Source: a virus
Lineage: Duplodnaviria > Caudoviricetes
IMG/VR virus record: IMGVR_UViG_3300023210_000031
Location: 395 to 64,394 of that record
Length of the DNA: 64,000 bases
Direction: 5' to 3' (one strand)
Shown: positions 36,626 to 45,307 of the stretch, piece after piece
Position numbering within the stretch: position 1 is the first letter of the stretch
How the letters are laid out: the number at the start of each line of letters is the position of its first letter
Notes under the pieces: model-generated
What the model was told of the DNA's origin: nothing
The model's database searches: none
Seen by the model: only the letters and a program-made list of their open reading frames with translations
Made by a program: the position numbers and the translations under genes

Positions 36626-37105
36626 TTACCTAGTGATCGCTCCCATCAGCGGGTTTTGTTGCTTCCAGTGGTCCCGAAAAACAACAACTGCAGACGGAAA
36701 TGGAGCTGACATACTGCTATCGCTAAATTTGATTCGCCCTTTTATGAAGTAGATCTCGGCGGCTTTCATACAATATTCGTGCCAATACGATGTATCAGTC
36801 CGAGAAGGTATCAGCATTACAACAGTGGTCTTTTCTTTTCGACTCTCGTCGTAAGCCTTTTTTACCCAGCTCTTTATCGCCTTGCCATATGGTGGGTTGA
36901 CGAATATTGATTTGTTCGGTCCCCATTCCTGTGCTAGTCCGTCGTCGTCCTCCGTAAAGAAGTTCTTACATTTAGCATTATCGGTGGAGGCACAAGGATC
37001 CAAATCAAAGCTGAACTCCTCGTTTAGTTTGTCGAACAGCTTTTGAGGAGTTTCCCAACTCATATCTTTACTGCTAAACATAACCTTTTTTGTATTCTTA
37101 TCCAT
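36626..37105 (-). CDS. dam: phage-type N6-adenine DNA methyltransferase
   Basis: WETP, FDLDPCAS, NPPY, PSRTDT, APFPS. Confidence 0.92.
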   Translation of the reverse strand: MDKNTKKVMFSSKDMSWETPQKLFDKLNEEFSFDLDPCASTDNAKCKNFFTEDDDGLAQEWGPNKSIFVNPPYGKAIKSWVKKAYDESRKEKTTVVMLIPSRTDTSYWHEYCMKAAEIYFIKGRIKFSDSSMSAPFPSAVVVFRDHWKQQNPLMGAITR

Positions 37106-37378
37106 TTTCCATTCCTTTTCTTGTGACTATTGTTTCCTGTAATATTTGGTTATAGTCCATATGAAGATTCCAACAAATGCCCAGGGCATCAGTGTCTCCG
37201 TGGCTAGGAGTAAAAAGTCTACTCCTAGCCAATCATTCTCCGGCATCATTGAACTCCTCACACATTCGCTCAAGCCCCATTGGAGCCGTGAAAGCTGAAA
37301 GAAGGAGGGCTGTGATAATGAAGCCTGCTAATGATGCTATTATTATCAAAAAGATACCATCATAATGTTTTTTGCCGC

Positions 37379-37909
37379 TCAAGACCGCTCCCCTTCGAAG
37401 TCGAAGCACATATCAGCATACACAGGAAGCTTCGAAAGCAGATCCTGCTTCTTGTTGTCGGTGCTCCCAAGTGCGCCATCCTTACGATCACTCATCGCTA
37501 TTGGATAGTAGTTATACAAATCTTGGTCATGCTTCTCGAATGCCTTGAAGTGGACAATCGGATACATCACCACCTGGGCAATTTTATCACCTGGACTGAT
37601 TTGTCGCTGCTCTGTGCCAACATTGTGTAGGTTGACAAAGACTTCGCCATCGTAGCCTGGGTCGATAACACAGGCTCCGACCAGCAGATTCTTCTTGGAA
37701 GCATTACCAGAGCGGTTCTTCACCTCCAAGCAGTATCCGTGAGGAATACCAAACTTGTAGCCTGTCTGAAACAGCTTGCTTTGACCGGGCTCGATTGAAA
37801 TCGACTCTTTGTTTTCTGGATTGAAAAACAAATCCAATCCTGCATCGCTCGGGTTTGCCCGTTCGGGAGGCAAAGCATCTTCTCTTACTCTTACATATTC
37901 TAGTATCAT
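37379..37909 (-). CDS. dut: dUTPase
   Basis: DAGLDL, RSG, VIDPGYDGE, R..GALGST. Confidence 0.95.
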   Translation of the reverse strand: MILEYVRVREDALPPERANPSDAGLDLFFNPENKESISIEPGQSKLFQTGYKFGIPHGYCLEVKNRSGNASKKNLLVGACVIDPGYDGEVFVNLHNVGTEQRQISPGDKIAQVVMYPIVHFKAFEKHDQDLYNYYPIAMSDRKDGALGSTDNKKQDLLSKLPVYADMCFDFEGERS

Positions 37910-38328
37910 TTTTTTCTTCCTTTGTTCATATCCAAATAAGTTTCTGTCGTTATTTTTACTGTCTTTGTTTGGTTATACACTTTCGTGCCCTCTTCTACAT
38001 ATTCAGCCTTTACTGTTGATGAAATCTCCAAGAGGTTCCACAAAGTAACATGCTGCCCCTTCTCAGCGAGAACGGCTCGCTCTATCTCATACGAGAACGA
38101 GTCTTCTCCCAGAGAATCATAATCTCCCTGGAGACGGGCATTCCGGTGGAGCCCCTTTCCCAAGATAAATCTCTGAATCTCCTCTTCCTTGCTTAGATCG
38201 GAGGAGTGACCTATGAATTTCTTGCCTGTTTTTAAGTTTGTAATCGAAAAAACGCCACAGCCAGAGTCTTCAAGCTCAGAAGACCGCTTCAGCTTCTTGA
38301 AAAGAGAAATGAAGAAGGCACGAACCAT
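37906..38328 (-). CDS. GIY-YIG-family nuclease
   Basis: GVFSI.N..TGK.FIG.S, YN. Confidence 0.65.
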   Translation of the reverse strand: MVRAFFISLFKKLKRSSELEDSGCGVFSITNLKTGKKFIGHSSDLSKEEEIQRFILGKGLHRNARLQGDYDSLGEDSFSYEIERAVLAEKGQHVTLWNLLEISSTVKAEYVEEGTKVYNQTKTVKITTETYLDMNKGRKK

Positions 38329-38518
38329 TATTCCCTAATCCTTTACCTGGTAGAAGGGCATTTGACGAGGAAGGACGATCTTCTTGTTTCCTTCTACATC
38401 AAGCTCAAACTCTGTTTGTCGATACACAGATACTTCTTTGTCAACTTCTACCCGGACAAACTTATCCTCATAATTGTTCGGGTCGCTTACTAGTTCCATT
38501 CTAATCATTTTCTTTCTC

Positions 38519-38695
38519 CTATCGTTCTATGTGGACTACCATATCTGGAAATGCAATGATTTCTTCATCCACACATCCAGCATCGCTGGCGGCTCCAGCA
38601 TCGGACAATCCACCGTCCAAGTCGGTACATCTTACTCTATCATCTTCGATACATCCTGTCAAGGACAAAATGCCTGCTACTATAATTTTTTTCAT
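38519..38695 (-). CDS. 58-aa lipoprotein with DGG/DAG motifs (absent from ORF track)
   Basis: Own translation MKKIIVAGILSLTGC...DGGLSDAGAASDAGC; GGAG RBS. Confidence 0.65.
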   Translation of the reverse strand: MKKIIVAGILSLTGCIEDDRVRCTDLDGGLSDAGAASDAGCVDEEIIAFPDMVVHIER

Positions 38696-38754
38696 ATTTA
38701 CTCCTTTTGTCTCTCAAGTATAAAATACGGGAGAGAAACAATATTAATGTTTTT

Positions 38755-41700
38755 TTACCCTAGCATCCTAAAAGAATGCCTGATGCTTCTTGTGCTAAAT
38801 CCCCATACCGGATCGTGATCTAGTCGTGCCATGTAGGGGCGGTTTAGCTGTACACTGTCAGAGCCCTTCTTGACTCCCCAGCACTTTATTGCTGTCACAG
38901 TGCTGTTCTTGTCTATGGCTTCTATGAGCCACCAATCCTTGCCGTGCTTCGTCTTTTTCTCCACTACTTTCCTGGGAATGAACCACACAATTCCTAGCTC
39001 TGGATCATACTCGCTGATGGGAGGGACAGCAACCTCTTCCAGGCGTCGAGACACTTCCTTTGTCATAACAAGCTCGAATGGGAATAGCCCAGTCAAGTCA
39101 ATGAGGTAATCAAGCTTCTCCTCTGGGGTGAAGTCTCCTTCGCTAACATACTTCTCTATGTTCTCTACAAGATTCTTCTCTTTTCTCGGACGATCATTGG
39201 CTATCGCCATCCAGAAGTGCCTCATCCCACTAAACCTATCGTCAATAAGTTCGTTCATCGCCTGAGAGCGAGCAAGTGCATCGATGCTCTTCTTGTTTAC
39301 CTTCGAGTAGAGCATCCTATCGTTGAAGAGGAAATCCTCCACCGTATTGAATGGTCGGTGGGTCATTATCTCTTTGATGGCTGTACTCCCCAAGCCCTTG
39401 ATGCTCGAAAGCGGCTGGATTAGTGTGTTGCCATCTTCGTTGATTTCCCAAGTGAAGCCGCTAGTATTTACATTGAGCTTCTCAATTTCGAATCCCATAC
39501 TTCGTGCTATGTTGATAGCCTTCTCTTTTCGTGCTTCTGGCTCCTTGTCTAGGAATGCTGCCATCCACTCGGAAGGATAGTAGTTCAGCAACCAAGCACA
39601 CTGAAACGATAGGATGCTGTAGCTCAAGGCATGAGACTTGTTGAATCCATACCCTGAGAAGAACTCAAATGTATCCCATAGTCTTTGAGCATCGTCTGCT
39701 CTCATGTCTTTCTCTAAACATCCCGTGATGAACCGATTGTGGATATCCTCTTTGAGCTTGTCTTTCCCAGAGCCTCGCTTGGTCAAAATCTTACGAAGCA
39801 TATTCCCTTCGTCTAGACTGATGTCGTGACCAAGGCGATGGGCTAGCAATGCTATTTGCTCCTGGAAGATAAGAAACCCGTAAGTCTCCTTGGTTACTTC
39901 CTCGACAATCTCGTGAGCATATTCAATCTCATCAGGATTGTTCTTTGCTTGGATGTAATGCTTGTCCACTTTAGCGGAGAGAGGTCCAGGTCGATAGATA
40001 CTCGTAATAGCAGAGAGATCAACGATGTTGTTTGGCTTGACATGCTTACAAAACCTTTGGGCTCCGTCTTCAGTAAACTGGAAGATGCCTGCCCATTTTC
40101 CTCTCCCGAAGATATTCTTGTATACATTCTGGTCATCCAAGTTGATAGCTGTTGGGTGAAGATTCTTGTCGTAGAATTCTTTCACATCATCAAAAGTGGG
40201 CTCAGGATTACCCTTGTGTCGCTTGAGAACATGGACGATTGCTGACTCCATCATTCGAAGCGATGCTAGTCCCAGGATATCAAACTTAATGAAGCCCATG
40301 GGCTCTAGATGCCGGACATTCTGCCCTTCGCTCCATGGAGTCTGTTTCACACCACCACTATTGATGATCGGCATATGCTGGTCTAGATTGTCTCCAACAA
40401 CTACTCCGCCAGCATGACGAGAGCAGCTTCTCACTTGACCGTACAGTACATCAACATTAGTCTCTACATCGGGATACTTTCGAAAGAACTCCTGTAATGT
40501 AGGGCTGTATTCTTTCACTTCCTCGAAGCCTGGAATATACATGCCTGCCGTCATGCCCTTCGCCTTTTTAGCCAAAGGGGTTGCCTCTCTCATCATCACA
40601 CTGGTAACTAAGTTCACTTCCTTGAAGGGAATGCCCTGCATCTTGCTGATGTCTTTTATCAGAGATTTTAGTTGAAGGGTGTTCCAGTTTGAGATGGGCA
40701 CAACTTTATCGTCGCCCCACTCTTCTATCAGAGCCTCTTTCAGTTCAAAAGGATCTGAAACATCATAGTCGATGTCGGGAAAGCCTACATCCTTCTGGTT
40801 CCTCGTCATGAACCGCTCAAACAGAAGATCATACTTTATCGGATCCACTTGGGTTATACCCAGAACATAAGCAACAAGAGAGCCTGCCGCACTACCACGG
40901 GCTGGACCTACGAGCTGCTTGGATGAGGCGATGTCTGCAATTGCTTTCATCGTAAGAAAGTATTGAGAGAACTCGTTAGTGTTGATTACCTCAAGCTCTT
41001 CGTTTAGGCGATTTACATAAACATCTTTCTTATCAAGACCGGCTTCTCGGAGCCCCTCAGTGGAACACTCAATGAGAGTATCTGCTGGCGTTTTACCTTC
41101 GGGGACCACAAAACTTGGAAGCCGTACCTGGTTATCTGGTAAAAACCTGGATATTCTCTCATGGGCAATGTTATGCGTCTCGGCAATAGAGTCGCGTACC
41201 AGATTATCATCGTATTCATATCCACAATCCTTTGAGTACCCTTTGTAAGATGCCCACATTTCATCACCATTCTTGGGATAAAGCTGGTAATCCATTTCGT
41301 CGATTGTCTCGGGGATTCCCGAGCCATCATCGCCCTTTTTGAGCCATCCGATCTTTTTGTATACCTCTCGCTGCTTCCACACATCGGGTCTTGGATAGTG
41401 ACTATCAGCGGTACTAATTAGACTCACATCAAACTCTTTTGCTACCTCGATAATATGCTTGTTTAGTTGATGCTGTTCATCGATTCTGTTCCATTGGAGC
41501 TCGGCATACCATCTGTCGCCGAAGATGTCCACCATCCTCGATGTTGTCTTTCTCATTGCCTCTCTGACTGCCTCAGAGCCTTCCTCTCGGTTCTCCCAGA
41601 AGTCTCCGGCATATACACCACCTAGGCAAGCGGAGGCAGCAATGACCCCCTCATTGTGTTCCTGTAGCATATCAAAATCTAGGCGAGGAAAGCGATAATA

Positions 41701-42189
41701 GTTCTCTTCCTTATAGCTCTTACTGATTAGTTGAAAAATGTTATTTAGCCCTTTTTGGTTCTGGGCTAATAGAATCAAGTGGCGTCGCCTATTCAGGATG
41801 CTCTTGATAGCCTTCTTTGTCTCTTCCTCATCTTCGACAGTCGCACCGGATACATCATCGTCCAACTTGGATTGCCGCTTTTTGCTCTCGGCTCGCTCTT
41901 TCTTGATTCGATCATAGTCATCTCGCCATTCCGATACGGACGGAATAAAGTATGCCTCAACACCAAAAATTGGCTTAAAGTCTTTACCTTGTTCTTTCAT
42001 CTTTTTAGCATGAAGCACTTGATATGCCAGCCCGTTCATGTTGCCGTGATCAGTTAGAGCCAGGGCATCCATACCGTTCTCATAAGCAAAGTCCATGTGT
42101 TCTTGTGGGTATCCAAGACCGTCAAACACACTGGCGACACTGTGGGCATGTAATCCTACGAACGGAATCGTTGATTCTTTTCTTTCCAT
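38755..42189 (-). CDS. dnaE: DNA polymerase III alpha subunit
   Basis: PHP HAHS/TDHG/GVEAY, RGSAAGS, PDIDYD, HAGGVV, KFDILGL, FNKSHA. Confidence 0.97.
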   Translation of the reverse strand: MERKESTIPFVGLHAHSVASVFDGLGYPQEHMDFAYENGMDALALTDHGNMNGLAYQVLHAKKMKEQGKDFKPIFGVEAYFIPSVSEWRDDYDRIKKERAESKKRQSKLDDDVSGATVEDEEETKKAIKSILNRRRHLILLAQNQKGLNNIFQLISKSYKEENYYRFPRLDFDMLQEHNEGVIAASACLGGVYAGDFWENREEGSEAVREAMRKTTSRMVDIFGDRWYAELQWNRIDEQHQLNKHIIEVAKEFDVSLISTADSHYPRPDVWKQREVYKKIGWLKKGDDGSGIPETIDEMDYQLYPKNGDEMWASYKGYSKDCGYEYDDNLVRDSIAETHNIAHERISRFLPDNQVRLPSFVVPEGKTPADTLIECSTEGLREAGLDKKDVYVNRLNEELEVINTNEFSQYFLTMKAIADIASSKQLVGPARGSAAGSLVAYVLGITQVDPIKYDLLFERFMTRNQKDVGFPDIDYDVSDPFELKEALIEEWGDDKVVPISNWNTLQLKSLIKDISKMQGIPFKEVNLVTSVMMREATPLAKKAKGMTAGMYIPGFEEVKEYSPTLQEFFRKYPDVETNVDVLYGQVRSCSRHAGGVVVGDNLDQHMPIINSGGVKQTPWSEGQNVRHLEPMGFIKFDILGLASLRMMESAIVHVLKRHKGNPEPTFDDVKEFYDKNLHPTAINLDDQNVYKNIFGRGKWAGIFQFTEDGAQRFCKHVKPNNIVDLSAITSIYRPGPLSAKVDKHYIQAKNNPDEIEYAHEIVEEVTKETYGFLIFQEQIALLAHRLGHDISLDEGNMLRKILTKRGSGKDKLKEDIHNRFITGCLEKDMRADDAQRLWDTFEFFSGYGFNKSHALSYSILSFQCAWLLNYYPSEWMAAFLDKEPEARKEKAINIARSMGFEIEKLNVNTSGFTWEINEDGNTLIQPLSSIKGLGSTAIKEIMTHRPFNTVEDFLFNDRMLYSKVNKKSIDALARSQAMNELIDDRFSGMRHFWMAIANDRPRKEKNLVENIEKYVSEGDFTPEEKLDYLIDLTGLFPFELVMTKEVSRRLEEVAVPPISEYDPELGIVWFIPRKVVEKKTKHGKDWWLIEAIDKNSTVTAIKCWGVKKGSDSVQLNRPYMARLDHDPVWGFSTRSIRHSFRMLG

Positions 42190-42223
42190 ATCAAAAAGCT
42201 CCTGGGAATGGGTTAGTTATAGG

Positions 42224-42252
42224 AGTATATCATATCACAGATCTCTTGTCAA
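42224..42252 (-). promoter_or_regulatory. dnaE promoter TTGACA-N17-TATACT, GATC at 42240, palindrome over -35
   Basis: ATCTCTTG-T-CAAGAGAT at 42241-57. Confidence 0.8.
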
Positions 42253-42284
42253 GAGATTTGTTGAGTATTTGTAAGTTGTTGATT

Positions 42285-42932
42285 TTACGAGAGAATTTTC
42301 TTGGCGATGTTCTTTACAGCCATTCTCTCGTTCTTGGAGAGATCATTATATGTCTCCAGCCCTTCAGCGAAAGTAAATGGACGTTTGCCGACTCGGGTCA
42401 TAAATTCCGACTCTTTGCCCATTTTTATATCCCCTACGGATATTTGTTGTCCGAGCCCAGGGAATTCGCTGTTGTTAGTGCCAAGCAAGTATGCTCCCTT
42501 GCCGCCTTTTGGTATTACTAACACGGAGTCTTGGCAGAACTTCTTACCAATCTCCTCAACTCTGGAAGCGAAAGAAGGATCATCTTTGAGGTTGACTACG
42601 AAAAAGCTATCTTCCGACACTTCCATTGCCGAGGGTGTATCAAAGTCTTCGATGTAAGAGCCATCCACTTTGGTAACTCCGTAGCCGCTAGCCAATAAGG
42701 AAGCCTTCACATCTCGGTTCCGAAGCATGTTCGCGCTTTTCGCCTTACCCTTCTTCACTTCCTCTACCTCTTCCTCATACTCTGCTGAGTCTTCTACACA
42801 CCTGGAGGTGTCAGATGGATCTCCACGGAAGCCCGTGAGTATAGCCGTGTCATGCTCTCCAATATGCTGGTATACACGAGACAGAGATGACTCGTTCAAG
42901 TATTGTCGCCATTCATTGATAATCTTTTTCAT
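42285..42932 (-). CDS. putative SAM lyase (T3 SAMase-like) with N-terminal leader
   Basis: LTGFR, N..RN, GSYIE, EDS, QDSVLV in SAMase order; leader MKKIINEWRQYLNE. Confidence 0.6.
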   Translation of the reverse strand: MKKIINEWRQYLNESSLSRVYQHIGEHDTAILTGFRGDPSDTSRCVEDSAEYEEEVEEVKKGKAKSANMLRNRDVKASLLASGYGVTKVDGSYIEDFDTPSAMEVSEDSFFVVNLKDDPSFASRVEEIGKKFCQDSVLVIPKGGKGAYLLGTNNSEFPGLGQQISVGDIKMGKESEFMTRVGKRPFTFAEGLETYNDLSKNERMAVKNIAKKILS

Positions 42933-42961
42933 TTTCTCTCCCTTAGTCCTAATAAGTAGTC

Positions 42962-43906
42962 CTAAACTTCTTCTTTTGTATCCTCGCCGAAAGGATTGTG
43001 TTCGTGATACTTAAGTATCATTTTTGGTTTTATTACATATTTCGAATATTCGTCAGCCATATATGTACAATAGTTCTCCCAACTCCCGATGTTGAAATAC
43101 CTGTCTGTTTCCATAATGGTGTGACCTGTCGTGTCTAGCTGCCCAAATACTTTCTCTAACGGGAAGTGGCGGGCACTGTATCGTTCCTCTGGCGGAAGCT
43201 TGTCTCCCTTGAGAGTCTTCTCTTCATCATCAAAATAAGAGCCTGGCTCATAGATACCAGTGCCTTCACTTCTTATTATCCTCCGGAAATTCTTCCAGTC
43301 CTCCACATCAAATGTGAAAGACAGATACTCTCCATCCTTGACCGTCTTGCCGTTGTGAGAGATGTAAAACTTCTTCTTCTGGTCGGATATAGCCTTCCTA
43401 TGTTTTCTAAGGCTTCGGACACTGTGAACTCCATACGGAAAAGAAACATAGTATTTGTCTGGGACAGTCCACTTACTTATGATCTTAGATACGGAGAATG
43501 CTCTCATCGAACCGTAGATGACGCTCCAAGCCAAGCAGTCTCGCTTGTCTCTGTCCTTTGGGTGGATGGGGACATAGAAGATGGGTATCGTCTTTTCGTG
43601 CTGCTTGCCTCCGCCAAAGAATGAAAACTTCCTTCTGTTTGCTGCTGTCCAAACCGGATCAACAATCCAATCTCCTATCCGGTGCCTTATCAGGGGCTGC
43701 ATCTCTCGATGGCACACTATCCAGATACTCTCACAGCCAGCCATGGCACACTCATAGACACTTCGCTCTACAGCAAGATAATCCTTTCCAATGGGCATCA
43801 AGGAGTCGTGCCACGGAAAGCCAAAATCCAGCTTCTCCCCAGCGACGGGAATGATCCCCGCTAAGGTAAAGTATGTCGTGTCGCCAATTGGCTTGATCTC
43901 ATCCAT
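42962..43906 (-). CDS. divergent sugar-phosphate nucleotidyltransferase-like protein
   Basis: GIIPVAG...LMPIG, AGCESI.IV, YFNIGSWENY. Confidence 0.65.
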   Translation of the reverse strand: MDEIKPIGDTTYFTLAGIIPVAGEKLDFGFPWHDSLMPIGKDYLAVERSVYECAMAGCESIWIVCHREMQPLIRHRIGDWIVDPVWTAANRRKFSFFGGGKQHEKTIPIFYVPIHPKDRDKRDCLAWSVIYGSMRAFSVSKIISKWTVPDKYYVSFPYGVHSVRSLRKHRKAISDQKKKFYISHNGKTVKDGEYLSFTFDVEDWKNFRRIIRSEGTGIYEPGSYFDDEEKTLKGDKLPPEERYSARHFPLEKVFGQLDTTGHTIMETDRYFNIGSWENYCTYMADEYSKYVIKPKMILKYHEHNPFGEDTKEEV

Positions 43907-44699
43907 TCAGATACTTTCTTAGTGTCCTGATATATTTGTTCTGGGAGGGCTCTTTCTCGTATAGCCTCAGAAGCTCCTCCTCGGAGAATGGCTCTCTAAA
44001 TACAGGAAGGACATCTCTGCTGGCTGTCTCTAGCTTTATAGAGAGGTTCTTTTCTCTGCCAGTCTTCTTATCTATGCCGTTCTTTCTTCCTTTGATTCCA
44101 GCATCCGTCATCATTTCCAATACCTTGAACCTGGCATAAGTGTCGGTGTATTCCACACTCCTGATCTGCTGCTCTGTTAGCCACGAGATAGAAAGAATGT
44201 CTTTCTTCTTTTGGGGGTTTCCGAAAATCCTATCAGACAAATAAAAGTGAACATCTCTCACAAAGTCATCTGGAGTTTCGAGGAAGTCTATGTCGTGAGG
44301 AGAGCTCCCCCTATCGTTCATCCAATCAAGCACCATAAGCTTCTTTTCTTTTTCGATCTTCTCATCCCAGCCATGAATCTCGGTGTCGTCAAAGACAATG
44401 ATATCATCAAAGGCGAAATGACCGTATACCGGATCTTCTGTAAAGGCTTTGAGGGTGCCGTCCTCAATTCGGATGCTTTGAGTCTTGTTTCCCATCGGGA
44501 GCAAGCCAGACAGAGACATGGTTGCGGACAACTCTCTCCATAGCTGACTCTTGCTGCCTAGTCGCTCATCAGTCTCAAAAAATAAAGGTATCCTCGGCAT
44601 CGTATAGATTACGGGAATATTATAACAATACCCACATAACAACGATGCCAAGGATCCCCCAATTATTATTCTATCATATTGGTATATTTTATTCTTCAT
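43899..44699 (-). CDS. degenerate FAD/NAD Rossmann-fold protein
   Basis: YDRIIIGGSLASL. Confidence 0.45.
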   Translation of the reverse strand: MKNKIYQYDRIIIGGSLASLLCGYCYNIPVIYTMPRIPLFFETDERLGSKSQLWRELSATMSLSGLLPMGNKTQSIRIEDGTLKAFTEDPVYGHFAFDDIIVFDDTEIHGWDEKIEKEKKLMVLDWMNDRGSSPHDIDFLETPDDFVRDVHFYLSDRIFGNPQKKKDILSISWLTEQQIRSVEYTDTYARFKVLEMMTDAGIKGRKNGIDKKTGREKNLSIKLETASRDVLPVFREPFSEEELLRLYEKEPSQNKYIRTLRKYLNG

Positions 44700-44977
44700 T
44701 CATTTTCATAAAGAACAACAAAGTTCTCTGGGATTATGAATATCTTTTTGTCGCCTAAACTTACTGATCTTACCATAGACTCTTCTACAATAACTCTAGA
44801 ATTAACGGCGAATACTGGAGAGCAGTCCATAGACTTGCCCACAACCCTATAAGTGCCAAAATCTTTAACAGCTTTATAGTCGTCCGGTACCAGTACCTTT
44901 GAAATAGGAGCCTCCTCATTAGCTTCACACTCCTCTAGCATCAAGTGCCTATTGAAGGGGGAATATTTCATCAGCAC
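44696..44977 (-). CDS. groES: GroES-like co-chaperonin
   Basis: PFNRHLML, VLVPD, VVG, IIPENFVV. Confidence 0.7.
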   Translation of the reverse strand: MLMKYSPFNRHLMLEECEANEEAPISKVLVPDDYKAVKDFGTYRVVGKSMDCSPVFAVNSRVIVEESMVRSVSLGDKKIFIIPENFVVLYENE

Positions 44978-45249
44978 ACCTTCGTCTTAGAATAGAGCTC
45001 AAAGAAATCTCTCATTTGCTCAAGATCGACTTCTGACTTCATCAGCCGATAAGCCTTAACAGCGGCAGAGATCTCTTCTTTGGAGAGCCAACCGTTCTCC
45101 ACATAGTTTTGTTTTAGATCTCGCTTCTGTTCTTTGTATGGTTCCATTTCGGTTTCCAAGGCAGAAAGTGATTTAATGTAATCAACAATTCTGTTCTCCT
45201 TCTCCACGTCATTTCCACCATCAACTACCTTCAAATTACCATTAGACAT
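44971..45249 (-). CDS. GapR-like (DUF2312) DNA-binding protein
   Basis: YIKSLSALETE...KRDL; helical pattern. Confidence 0.5.
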   Translation of the reverse strand: MSNGNLKVVDGGNDVEKENRIVDYIKSLSALETEMEPYKEQKRDLKQNYVENGWLSKEEISAAVKAYRLMKSEVDLEQMRDFFELYSKTKVC

Positions 45250-45307
45250 ACAGTCTCCTTTTTGTTTATTGTCTAAGTATAGCATATTCTTTTTGCCGTG
45301 TCAAGCT

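Noticed and set aside
37906-38328. GIY-YIG ORF as a mobile homing endonuclease
   Set aside because: Short, no DNA-binding modules, catalytic Arg/Tyr appear substituted, no intron context
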